Shown piece after piece: positions 45,091-61,856 of a stretch of DNA of 64,000 nt; positions within the stretch are counted from its first letter, which is position 1, and every line of letters starts with the position of its first letter. The notes under the pieces are model-generated. The model did no database searches, had not been told where the DNA came from, and saw only the letters and a program-made list of their open reading frames with translations. The stretch lies in the NCBI RefSeq assembly GCF_009914755.1, contig NC_060942.1. One strand, 5' to 3'. Origin of the DNA: the human T2T-CHM13v2.0 reference genome, Homo sapiens. The position numbers and the translations under genes are program-made.

Positions 45091-45312
45091 CGATCTTCAC
45101 ACATTTTCATTTGAATCTTTTTATATTTTATAAACATCACTTCATAATTTCTCTGTTAATCCAGCTCACCTTTATACTTCCCAATCTAATCAAACTACTG
45201 ATTCAAACTATGTCTGCTTTACCCCAGCCCTGTCCAGAGCATGGGTCTGGCCCTGGGAGGTGGAGGGTGAGTGAGCTAAGAGGGCTATTGGAAAGGTTTT
45301 TAAAATAATCTC

Positions 45313-45435
45313 TGGCTGGGCCTGTAATCCCAGCAGTTTGGGAGACTGAGGTAGGAGGATCGCTTGAGGCCAGGAGTTTGAGACCAGCCTGGGCAACAAC
45401 ACAGCGAGACCTCATTTCTACAATAATAATAATAA
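45313..45435 (+). mobile_element. Alu monomer (FLAM/left arm)
   Basis: cctgtaatcccagca...gagaccagcctgggcaaca...(AAT)n tail. Confidence 0.85.
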
Positions 45436-45932
45436 TCTCTGTTCTAGGGCTTATGGTTTAATTAGGAGGATTAGACCAACAGTCATGAAAAGCTAAAGTC
45501 AAGAGATCATAGAATTTAATTAAATCTCAGTTTTAAAATGTCTCTACTTCCCCAGACAAATATAAAGAAAAGGAAAAGGAAAGCAAGAACCTGGCAATGG
45601 CAGAAGTCTGTTCTGTATCCACTTCAAGACAATGCATTTTACATCTCCTTAGGATGTATAAATATTAGAACTAAAGTCTCTGCCAATACATCACTTTTTT
45701 GGCAACAGCTATGGTGCTGGAAGTGACAATATGATCACCAGTGAGGTGGGCCGAAACAGTTCTCAGCATTTACAGTACTATCATAATTTGGTCATAATGA
45801 CATGTTGCGGAACTCATATAAGATACAGATACAGAACATTTCAAGTGTTGTTTGGCAGCCATCATGTAATAAAAGTTAAACTGATAGCATGATTACCTGA
45901 GAGCTATTTTCATGTGTATTTAGGAAATATTT

Positions 45933-46416
<484 letters not shown>

Positions 46417-46479
46417 TTAACCGTAATCGGGCCTTAGATATCTTACACACCCCTGAGAATTTCTCCTCAGCTGTGGAAT

Positions 46480-46670
46480 AAACGTGTTATTCCCAAGTTG
46501 TGCTGTGCTTCAGAACCACCTGGGGAGCTTTCAAACAAGATCCCTAAGCCTGTCCTCAGAGATTTTGATTCAGGAATTCTTGGGTGAAGCCTTGAGGAAT
46601 CTATTTTAATAGCTCCCCAAAGGCTTCTAAGGCACCAGGAGGTGTGGCAGTCACAACGCAACACCTAGTG
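46480..46670. mobile_element. MER5-like hAT MITE
   Basis: cagaaccacctggggagcttt...cagagattttgattcag...attttaatagctcccc. Confidence 0.65.
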
Positions 46671-46894
46671 TGGCTCTCAAGGCATAACCAGAGTTAAGAG
46701 GTGGTCAGAAACTGACAGCGAACTTGCAGCAATGCCCTTGTTCTGTGAGGAGTGGTTCCCCATGCAGATGGCCTCATTTATAAGTGTGCCCCCACCCCAT
46801 TTTCTCTGTACTTACACTCCACAATCATGCCAAGAATCGTACTGTCCTATAGTCCTTTTTATGTTTACAATTCAGAACAAATCTTGATTCATTA

Positions 46895-47291
<397 letters not shown>

Positions 47292-48615
47292 TCAAAAGTG
47301 TTTTTTCTTAAAAATAGAATGTGTAAGATAAGTTAAATGTAGAGTATTAGTTATAAAGAGGACTTGATACCACAAGTTCCATCTCTAGGCCTATCTCAGT
47401 TTCAGCACCTGCTCCCACCTCTAACTAGTCTTTCTCGATGCCACACAACCTGTTTTCTTGGGCCTCCTTCATTTCAGGTCACACCTCTGCCAACCCTGCC
47501 ACAACACAGAGGAGCAGTTGAGGCCCTCAATCACTGTCCTAAGTAACAGGGCATTGCTCTTACTTGCCAAGACCTTAGCTAGCCTCAGGCAAAATTGTGG
47601 AGTCTGTTGAAAACATCCCTTTCCTATCACATGTTGCTGCCAGATACTCAGGTATTTAAATCTGGGTAAGCAATAAGTGATACAAGAAGTGTAAAGTGGT
47701 TTTGAAAATTCTAGCCCCAGCAACTGTCCTCTAACATTACGGACTGTGATGATGGATTCCCACGTAGTTGGCATTGATTGAGGATGATTTGCAAACCTAC
47801 TTTAATTAAGCATTTTCTCACAACTTCTTAGCTCATTTGGGTAACTCCATGTGCATATAACTTAAGGTTATGGCACCATATGGTGGGGAAGACTATATAT
47901 AGATAGGCAGATTCCCCACGGATCCAACAATCCAGTTATCATTGTATAGATTATAAGCATAAACAAAATGTACTTTAAGTGGATTGTTCTAATAAAGTAC
48001 CATGTCTTCTTTTTCCTCCTTATATTTTATCATCACCTCTGTCTTAGCATTTGCTACCAGAATCTGGAGATGCTCTTAGGTGGACACAGAGTCTTACATG
48101 CCATTGATACATATACTGCTCATGTGGCTTGCAGAGGAAGGACGTGAAAAGCTTAGACCCAGAAGCTGGGAAAGGGCCTTGTTGTTAGTGTCAGTGTAAT
48201 AAGATGCAGCTTCTAGCTCATTGATGCTGCTGTGTTGCAGAGGAAAAGCCTCAGATAAAAGGATTTTGTTTGAAGTAAAACATCACAAACCGGATTCCTT
48301 GTAAACACAGGAATAGTTGAAGAAGGTCAGACTCAGATCACTGATGATGCAAATGAGAAGAAAGTTCCAGGAAGTAAAGGCTTAAGCTTTCTAGAACGCT
48401 CCAGTGGCCCAGGAAGGGTGCTGTTGTTCTTAGAACAATGAGATGTCAAATGTATTCAAAGTAAAAATTAAAGTGGGAGAATGGTTTTAATAATTTGAAG
48501 TTTACCTCCTCAAGCCAGTCGTTGGATGAGGGGTTGAGAGCTATCTTTTGTGCAAGTGGGCAGGGGGTGTTCAGAGCCCTGCCCCTGGGGTCTCTGCACA
48601 CCATTGTTGGGACAA

Positions 48616-48737
48616 AAGAAATTCTCCAGGGCGTCTGTCAGCTCCTCATGATTCCCCCAGCTTCCGACACTCTGAGGAAGAAATTCTCCAGGGCGTTTGT
48701 CAGCTCCTCACGATTCCCCCAGCTTCCAACACTCTGA
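48616..48737. repeat. 62-bp tandem duplication (2 copies)
   Basis: aagaaattctccagggcg...acactctga at 48616 and 48678, differing by three transitions. Confidence 0.95.
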
Positions 48738-48945
48738 CATCAATGTGTCCTTGGGGATGTGTTGTTTACAATAATGTAACATTCACACTAAGATGGACTT
48801 CATTTTTAATACAGACTCATAAAGCATTTTTAACCACTTATTTTAATTCAGCAATTCTTAACTGCAAAGGAGGTCAGTGCCAAGGTGGAAATCAGTGTTA
48901 ACATGTTTGATTTTTGCCTCTGAGGCCCCTTTGACACTTATGTAA

Positions 48946-49298
<353 letters not shown>

Positions 49299-50519
49299 CA
49301 GCTGATGGTTTTTCAATCAAAACTATTGATTGAAATTAATACTTAATTTAAGAAAAACCAGAAACTACTATTTAGGATTTACAGAGCAAGATATCCAGAT
49401 TTCAGGAATGAGAGGTGACTAATTCCCAGAGTTGTTTTCAAATTAAACTGTCACTTTAAAGCTGTGAAGGGAAGGCCAAACAATTTGGTTAAGCATGTCC
49501 TTTCGGCATGGTGGTGGCCATGGCTAAATGGTTTGTGTGGGTTCTTAAGCCATGGCTAGGATCCTAATGAAGGTTTCCATGAAAGTAATGTTGAAACTCT
49601 GAAGGAAGCAACTAGCCACAGTTATTTTTAAATTTCCTGCCTGTTTGTTTCTTTGTTGCCAGCCACAGGAATGGGAACCGCTAGGTGTTTTTCCATAGCC
49701 ATAGCAGAACAGGCTCCCCTGTTGAGCAGTGAAGACGCCTGGGTTAGGGGGTGAAACCAGAGAAGCCATAAGGGATGCTTTTTGCCTTCTAAACAGAAGG
49801 TTGATTATCAAGAGATCATGCTTGTTTGTTTGAAATAAATGAACTGATTTCTCCCCTGGGTGTTTCTCTTGGTAAAACATTTTAAAAGCTTTTAAAGTGG
49901 GGGAGGAACTACAACCAACTCCACACTATCTTAATAAGATACTAAGCTCAGATAGTAAACACACACAAAAAATTAAGCTACTGCATGTGATCTATTTAGG
50001 AAAGACTTTATATTAGAGAATAACAGAGTTAGCTTATAGGTGCAATCATCTAGACTGGTTAGCTGCTGTAGACAGATATCTATGAAGTTTTCTGCTTCAT
50101 TGGGTTTCATTGCAAGGACTCGAAGTAGGACACAAAGGACTTCGGACTCAAGTAGCTTCCCATGTCTACCTCTGCAGTGATCCAGGTGTGCCGAGAACTC
50201 CCGAGGGTCTGCACCACATCCATAGTGCAGCACTGTCAGCCTCACCTCTCACAGGTGTCTCCCCTGGTACAGGTGTCTCCTGCACAGTTAAGCCAGTCTG
50301 TTAAAGACTGTTAATCATTTTGATTATGACTATTGTCATTTCCGATTTTAATTTCCTGCTAATTTTTTGAGTTCAGACCCACCTCTTTTGGAGACCTTTC
50401 CAACCTGTCCTGAAACTGAGCAACCTCTCCCTTTTTGGCCACTTCCTGTGGCTTTCCTAATTGGCACCATAGCTTTGGTCACGAAATTATATCCAGTACT
50501 TACTGCCTTGTATTGTTTC

Positions 50520-50836
50520 CTTCCTCCCTCCCTCCTTCCTTCCCTCCCTTCCTTCCTTCCGTCTTACCCTGTTTCCCAGGCTGGAGTGCAGTGGCGTGCA
50601 ATCTCAGCTTACTGCAACTTCTACCTCCCGAGTTCAAGCAATTCTCATGCCTCAGCCTCCCGAGTAGCTGGGACTACAGGCGCACACCACCGCACCTGGC
50701 TAATTTTTGCATTTTTAGTAGAGATGGGGTTTCACCATGTTGGCCAGGCTGGTCCCAAACTCCTGACCTCAGGTGATCTGCCCGCCTTGGCCTCCCAAAG
50801 TGCTAGGATTACAGGCATAAGCCACTGCACCCAGCT
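50520..50836 (-). mobile_element. Alu (S-type) with (CCTT/CCCT)n-converted tail
   Basis: Antisense dimer; TSD-like cttgtattgttt on both sides. Confidence 0.92.
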
Positions 50837-50984
50837 TGTCTTGTATTGTTTTCTAATTACTTGGTATGTCTTAGCCATAGTCTCCCTACTGAAGTGTTGA
50901 CTTCTTGAGAACAGGAGTATTGGCCATCTCGCCTTGTCCTAGACACATAATCTGCAAAATTACAAACTCTTTGAGGACAAGGGC

Positions 50985-51075
50985 ACCTCTTTCTCATTCA
51001 TTGCAGTATCCTAGCTCCTAGCATGGTGCCTAGCACAGAGTTAGAGCTCAATAAATATTTGTTGAATGATTGATC
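50985..51075 (+). mobile_element. L2 3' terminus
   Basis: cctagcatggtgcctagcacagag...gctcaataaatatttgttgaatga. Confidence 0.8.
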
Positions 51076-51344
51076 AATTGTTGGCACTGAGGGAATACTT
51101 GGGCATTGATTATAAGATTTGAAGGAGAGGGTAATTCTTGTCTTAAAGTGTCTTTGGCAAACTACCAACCTGGTGACATGGTGATGCAACTTCCATATGA
51201 CAGAGGACACTACCAAATCCCTTAGTAACTTTAGGTATGTTTATATAGTTGGACTTGTTATATTATTGAATAGTGTCATTTTCCAATAAAAAGTTGTGGA
51301 AATTTGAGAAATAATCTAGATTGAACTAATTCTAAGAGACATAT

Positions 51345-53760
<2,416 letters not shown>

Positions 53761-54645
53761 TGAACAGGCATTTAACAACATTTGTACTATCATTAGGAAA
53801 AAATAGCTTTCTTAAATTCCTGCTTATTGAAAAATAGATTGAAATAATTTATAAATATTGCAGTGTCACCAAATATCCTTCATTGATAAACTACAGATTT
53901 AAGGATGGCGACAGAAGAGCAGATGTAGTGAAAGGCTTTGTACTTAGTGTAAATGCCATTATGAGAGAAGTTCAGCTGAGACCTGTTTTAAATAGTCACT
54001 TGCTTAGATACTGAGCATGATTCTGTGTGAGGCGTCAGTCTGTGTGTCTGGCCATGTGGCTGTGTCACCAAGCTGCAGGACAGCAGGACTCTGCTGCCAT
54101 CCAGGCCTCTGGTTCCTCCAGAGGTCCCTTGGCTGAGAAGAGCTCCCTGTGTTGAAGGTCTGGATGTCGCCTGGGTTCTGCAGGTCTCATCAGACTCCAC
54201 TAAGAATGAAAACAACCTTCTCCAAGGAGAAATGGCCTTGCCATGGGTTAAGAGTAAAAAATTCCCATCTCACCAGCTCCAGGTGATTGGGGATAGAGCG
54301 TTCCTAGACAGTAATAGCTGATCCCTCCCAGGAATGGAGGACCCAGTTATGAGGTTCATCAAAGCTGGGGTCAGCTAACGGACACCAAGTATTCGCCCGG
54401 AAGGAGAATGCTATGGCACTGGAGGAAAGTAACCATCCCTCCTTAACCCATTCATTAACTTTATATACACAAACCACAAATTTACAGAATGGCATAGTAA
54501 GCAGGAAGCCAGTGAAAGGTGATCCCAGGCCACCAACACCACCAACAATGTGTGGTTTAATATGACAGTTGGACATGCTTGTTATAAGATTTTTTCATTT
54601 TTAAGACTGAAAAGTGCAACAAAGGAAGATAAAACCTTTCCACTG

Positions 54646-55060
<415 letters not shown>

Positions 55061-55315
55061 TCAGTATAGCTACTGATTTCAAACCTGCTTTTTAAACTTA
55101 TTAGAAACATTTTTCATTTCAGTTAATAATGCTTCTACAACCTGATTTTTAATGGCTATGTAGCATTCATCATATAAGTATCCCATTACTCATTTCCAAA
55201 TTTCCTAATGTAGTCATTTAATTTTTTTGCTATTATAAATAATACTGCATATACATGTAGCTTTTTACAGCTCTCTGGTTTTCTTTTCATCTGAGGATAA
55301 GTCCCTATCAGAACT

Positions 55316-55606
<291 letters not shown>

Positions 55607-55810
55607 TTAAGGCTTTTGATTTATGTTGCTATATTGTTTCTTTGGACTGACTTAATTTTAAATCTTTTTTATGATCAGAGAAAAAAGTTTTGTTTATAGG
55701 ATACCAATTTTTGTCTCTTTAATTTCTTATTAGTATTTTTTCCATAACTCTTTTTGCACAGTGTTATCAAAGAAACAAGCTTCTGAGTGAATTTAGAAAA
55801 CAATCTGTCC

Positions 55811-56139
<329 letters not shown>

Positions 56140-56435
56140 ATGAATCTGATATGCATTCTTTTTTTTCAAAACAGGCCCACATGGAAAAAGGCAAAACTAA
56201 AAGATCACTACTAAAAAGTCAAACATTGATTCAGTGTTTTGGGATCAGCCAGTGAGCTAGTGTAGTTACATACAGTTGGAGAGAGAGAGGGTTAGTGAAT
56301 TAACCAGACAGTGCTGTTATGAACATTATAACTTAAATGAATAAATTAGGTTTCCTTCAACAACATATTCCAGCAGACACTTTCTGATAGCAAAGATATA
56401 ATGATCAAATACAATCTTCTAAAGTTAACATGCAA

Positions 56436-56555
56436 AGCCAGGCACAGTGGCTGTCTCCTATAGTCCCAGTTACTCTGGAGGCTGAGGCAGGAGGATCACT
56501 TGAGCCCAGGAGTTTGAATCTAGACTTTACAACACAGTGAGACACCATCTCTAAA
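56436..56555 (+). mobile_element. Alu monomer (FLAM-like)
   Basis: gccaggcacagtggct...ggatcacttgagcccaggagtttga. Confidence 0.8.
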
Positions 56556-57170
56556 ATTAAATTAAGTAATAACATCTTAGGTTCTCTTTAGCAGCTCATT
56601 ATGCGCTATTAAATTCTTTTTAATTTTAAAAAGTTAATTTGTAAAACATGTTCATTATATTCATATTCTTGGGTTAGTGTTACATTCTCCAAGACATAAC
56701 TGTGAAACCTTTGTAGTTAATGGCAGTATGTCACCAGAGTGCCTCTTTTCCTATCGAACAAACTAGACAGAAGTTCAATTCTGCAGTGACAAGACACAGA
56801 GTAGCATAGAGTTCACCTGAACCTGACCTTCACCCCACCCAGCTCATTCTCTGAATTCTTTGTGCCTTCACAGTAATCAGTATTTAACTGTTCTCCAGTC
56901 TTCTCTTACCTTTATTTAAAAAAAGCAAATGCTGAGCCAGTTCCTCAAATATGTATGAATTATGTTTATATTTGCAACATAAATGTAGTGGCTTGCTGAC
57001 ATTTGTCATGTTCAAAATTATATACTTTGAATATAATTTTGAAAGATGTTAAATGCCTTCATGGATTTAAGGATATTTTCTCTTGTTCAGCAATATTTAT
57101 ATTATAAAGTAGGATGTTTACAATAAAATATGGGTGCTCAATCACAAGCTAAAAGCAGTTAAGTAGTTTA

Positions 57171-57518
<348 letters not shown>

Positions 57519-57879
57519 TCAAACTAATGAACCCCAGGATCCCAAGCCCATATCCCCATGTGTCCCCAGCCACAGGGACAGTCTGTCCCTCTGAGGCTGC
57601 TTTTGAAAGAAAGTATCATGTCTCCAGCCCAGAAGCACTGTGAGTACTTCACCACTCTGTTGTCTTAGGGAAAGTGTAAAGCCATTTTTGAACGCCTTCC
57701 ATGATATCTGTTCATTGCTCTGTCTTAAACATAAATGTTCTCTTATTTCTACAATGAGAAATTATTCAAATATTTTACTAGCTTTCTACAATAGCACAGG
57801 GGTATAATAGGGTCACTGTCCAGCCCTCAGCAAGTTCTAGCCTTCAGTTTGCTATCAGCTGACACACCCATAGTTATTA

Positions 57880-58093
57880 CAGCTTGACCATGTGTAATCC
57901 AGAAATCCAACATTCAAAAGGCTCCAAAATCCTAAATGTTCTGAGCGCTTACATGACACTCAAAGGAAATACTCACTGGAGTATTTCAAATTTCAGATTT
58001 CTGGATTAGGGATGCTCAACCTACGTATAAAAAAAATCCAATATATGAAATACTTTTGGCCCCAGCCATTTCAGATAAGGGATATTCAGCCTG
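57880..58093. mobile_element. Tigger4/MER46 (Zombi)-like MITE
   Basis: ta|cagcttga...gctccaaaatc...gacactcaaaggaaat...ggattagggatgctcaacct...gataagggatattcagcctg|ta with TA flanks. Confidence 0.8.
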
Positions 58094-58518
58094 TACTACT
58101 TTTGCATATAGTTTTTTTTTAAGTGGTGCTTTTAAATTTTCAGCAGTGGACTGACAATGGCACAGTTTACAAAATGCCCCACTTTTCCTTGTCCTCAGGC
58201 AAGTGTGCACCTGTCTGTCTGGTGCTCCCTGAGGCCTTCTCTCTCCCTCTCTCTCGCCCCTCACTCTTCACTGTCTTTCCCTCCCCCTGTACGTGTCCCT
58301 TTTTCCCTCTCCATTCCTTTTCCCTATTTTTTGTCATATATCTCTACCCTTTACTGGCCATGAAACTAAAATGTCACTGTCATTATTATTATTTGCTTTA
58401 TTTATTAAATTGAATCCTATGGCACGTGCTGTTTTTTCCCATTAGGTCAACAACCTTCAACAATGAACAATGATGTATATTCATGTCTTCATACATTTCT
58501 TTCACACATAGTATACGT

Positions 58519-58625
58519 GATAGATAGATGATAGGCAGTCAGATTGGTGGATGGGTGAGTGGATGGATGGATAATACAAGTGATGATAGATGGAACATAG
58601 ATAGATAGATAGATAGGATTGATTA
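58519..58625. repeat. Compound degenerate (GATA)n/(GGAT)n microsatellite
   Basis: gatagatagat...ggatggatgg...atagatagatagatagatag. Confidence 0.85.
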
Positions 58626-59618
58626 AATAAGATAAGATGACGAGCAGCAGGTGTCCAATCCACCCCTGCAGTGAGGGCAGATATTTAAGGGTCTTGTGGG
58701 GGTAACATTGCAAACTGCGAATTGGGAGAATTGCTGAACATGTACATTGCTTATTATCCTCTCACTGGTCATAATTAAGAATTCTACAGGCATGAAAGGA
58801 TGGGCTCGTGATGGATACTCTGGGGTGGCCTGTAAGTGCCAAGAAGCAGTTTATTGTTGTGTGGGAGCAGCATTTGCTGGGAAAAGGAGGTATATGTCCT
58901 GCCAGAAGCCCACGGAATGAAAGAGGCCACTGCCTTTGGTAGGATGTCCCTGAGGCCATGGCCCAGGTTGAATTTGTTCTTTGCCAATTTATATGGTGGT
59001 GGGTTATACTCAGGTACAGCAGAAATCAGGAAGGGGCCAGGCGGCCTCTGGGAGACTCGTGGGGCTGTCATGTGGAAGGTGCTTTCTCTTCCGCAGGCTT
59101 CTCTGTCATAGGAAGGAAAGCCACTTAACATTTCCTAGTCCATTCATTATCAATTACATGAATTATGTATGACTTTCTGAGGATAATTGTGTTCTTGGAT
59201 GCCAGAAAAGTTGCTTTCTAAATTACTTATGAAGTAGAACCAGGACAAACATGGTCTAAACACCAAAATACAACTCCCACTTGCAGACACAAACCCAATT
59301 CCCATCACCTCAAAGTTGCTAACAAATAATTGATATGAATTTTCAACCTAATTCACATAGGCTTTTGGCATGGAGGTGAAACTGTACAACAAAGTAGGTA
59401 GAAGACAGAGTGAGAGAAGACACTTCCTGGAAAAGTTTATTCATCCACTGCTCATGAAACAAATATTTACTGAACTCTTAGCATGTGTCAAGGGCAATGC
59501 TAAGTGCTTGATATACATCAGGAACAAAACAAAAAGATATCTGCCCTGGGGGAGCTTATAGTATAGGGGGTGATACAGAGAATGAATGAAACATAATAAA
59601 TCAATAAACCACAGTGTG

Positions 59619-59838
59619 GGCTGGGCGCAGTGGCTCACGCCTGAAATAACAGCACTTTGGGAGGCCAAGGCAGGTGGATCACCTGAGGTCAGGAGTTAAA
59701 GACCAGCCTCGCCAGCATGGTGAAACCCCATGTTTCTACTAAAAATATAAAAATTAATCAGGCGTGGTGGTGCACATCTGCAGTCCTAGCAACTAGGGAG
59801 GCTGAGACAGGAGAATCGCTTGAACCCGGGAGGCGGAC
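59619..59838 (+). mobile_element. 3'-truncated Alu embedded in an antisense L2 (~59440-60290)
   Basis: The Alu stops at ...cccgggaggcgga with no tail; L2 motifs on both sides. Confidence 0.85.
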
Positions 59839-61382
59839 CTTACAGGTCATTGTAGGAACTCTTAGTGAATAAGGTCCCGTTGGAGGATTTTGAGTGGAGG
59901 AGGGGCCCTAGCTGACCTACACTGTGAAAACATCACCCTGGCCACTGTTTCAGAAGATGCCATAGAGAGGCAAGGAGACCAGGCTGCTGCTATAATCTGG
60001 GTGAGAGGTGCGGATGGTTGGAATCATGGAAGTAGTGAGATTCAATTTGGATCCAGTTTGAAAGTAGAGCCTTGCTGATGTGATGGATGTGGCTCGTGAT
60101 AGCAAGAGAAGCATCAGGGATGATGTCATGGTTTATTCTGAGCCATTGGGAAGACAAACCTGCCTTCCCCTGTGGTCTGAAGGCTGCAGGTGGAGCAGGT
60201 CCCGGGGGTCAGGAGTTCGAGCCTGGCCATGCTGAGTTTAAGATGTGCATTAGACACCTGAGTAGGGACCTCCTTCACCATCTGTAAGGAACTGGTAATA
60301 GCAATAATCAGTATAATAATCAAGCATAATCATGGCAAAAATCACTGCAATACATAGCTGTCATATTTACAGTTTTAACTTTTTCAAATATAAACTTGGT
60401 TACCTGTTTCCCTGAAAGTTTAGGGACATTTTTTTTCTGGTAGGAAGACTACTTGCCAAGAAAATTTCATTTTCTTTATATTTAGAGTCAAGTTAGCAAA
60501 AAGCGATAAAATAAAGAGTATGCTCCTTACGAACTTCGCCCGAAAATCCTTTTGCTGGCCACTTATTTTGTTGTTTGGCCCTAAAAGACTGATGACAGGG
60601 TAAGAACTGAAACCATTCTGTTTACGGAGTTCCTCAAGTCATGGACAGTCCTGGGAAATGTCAAGTCCTTACTGGATTACCTGAACTGGTTGGAAGGGAG
60701 CTGTCCACCAGTGCTTGCTCCTCATGGTTTCTTGCTTTTGCCTTGGTGATGTGGTTGAATTCCCCACTGCCACCCTACACCCAGGCGTACTTCTTGATTT
60801 CGAAACACACTCATCACCATACTCTTGAGACCAGTCTTGTTGCAGGCAGTGGCTCACCCTCTAGTCCACATCCCTGACCTCTGCACTCATGGTCCTGAAG
60901 CAGAGCTCTGGGATTCTCTTCATCCAAACCCCCAGTGACTTCCCATCCATCCACAGATTCCAAAACTGGTCACTGCATATTTCTATATCAGGCGTAATTC
61001 TAGCTACTATGAATTAAAAGCTTCTTATGAAGCTGAGTCTCTGTTAGGAGAAACAAACCAATAAGAAAATCAGCACACAGTGTGTTGATGGCTGATGCGT
61101 GGGTGGGAAAGAAGAATAAAGCGGGGTAGGGACTGCCGGGTGGCAGGGAGTTGCCATTTTCTCCGGGGCTGCGGAGGATGTGGCATCTGAGCAGAAGCTG
61201 GTAGAAGGGAAGGGCACGGCAGTGGCCCAAGGAGGCAGGCTCTCGAGTTCGAGAGGTACCCGGGCTGTGTGTCTGGAGAAGAGTGAGCCAGGCTGGGTGG
61301 GGAGGGGAATCAGGGAGCCAGGGAATGGGGAGGTCAGATGACGAGAGGCTTTAGGTTTCACTTGGAGATGGAAAGTACTGGA

Positions 61383-61856
61383 TTGTTTTTGTTTTGTTTT
61401 CATAATATATTCTTTTATTGTGATAAAATACATATAACATAAATTTTACCATCTTAGTCATTATTCAGTGCACCTTCTGTGGCATAGAACATTCACACTG
61501 TTGTGCAACCATCACCAAGATCCATCTCCAGAACTTTCTCATCTTCCCAAAATGAAACTTTGTGCTCATGAGACAACTCCCAACTCCTTCCTCCCCACAG
61601 CCCCTGGCAACGATGCTTCTACTTTCTGTCTCTATGATTTTGACTTATGTAAGTGGAATCATCCAGTATTCGTCCTTCTGTGACAGGCTCATGTCACTTA
61701 GCACAAAGTCCTCAAGCTTTATCAATGTTGTAGCATGTGTCAGAACTGCCTTCCTTTGTAAGGATGAATGATACTCCATTGTGTGTCTAGACTGCATTTC
61801 CATTATCCATTCTTCTGCCCATGGACACTTGGATTGTAGCATTGGGTTGCTTGGGG
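61383..61856 (-). mobile_element. L1 3' end (L1MB-like)
   Basis: ttttattgtgataaaatacatataacataaattttaccatc...ttgtgcaaccatcacc...ccctggcaac...ggacacttgg. Confidence 0.9.

Noticed and set aside
50367-50900. 177-aa ORF and the many similar ORFs containing SVAQAGVQW / [12 protein letters not shown]
   Set aside because: Standard Alu-derived pseudo-peptides.
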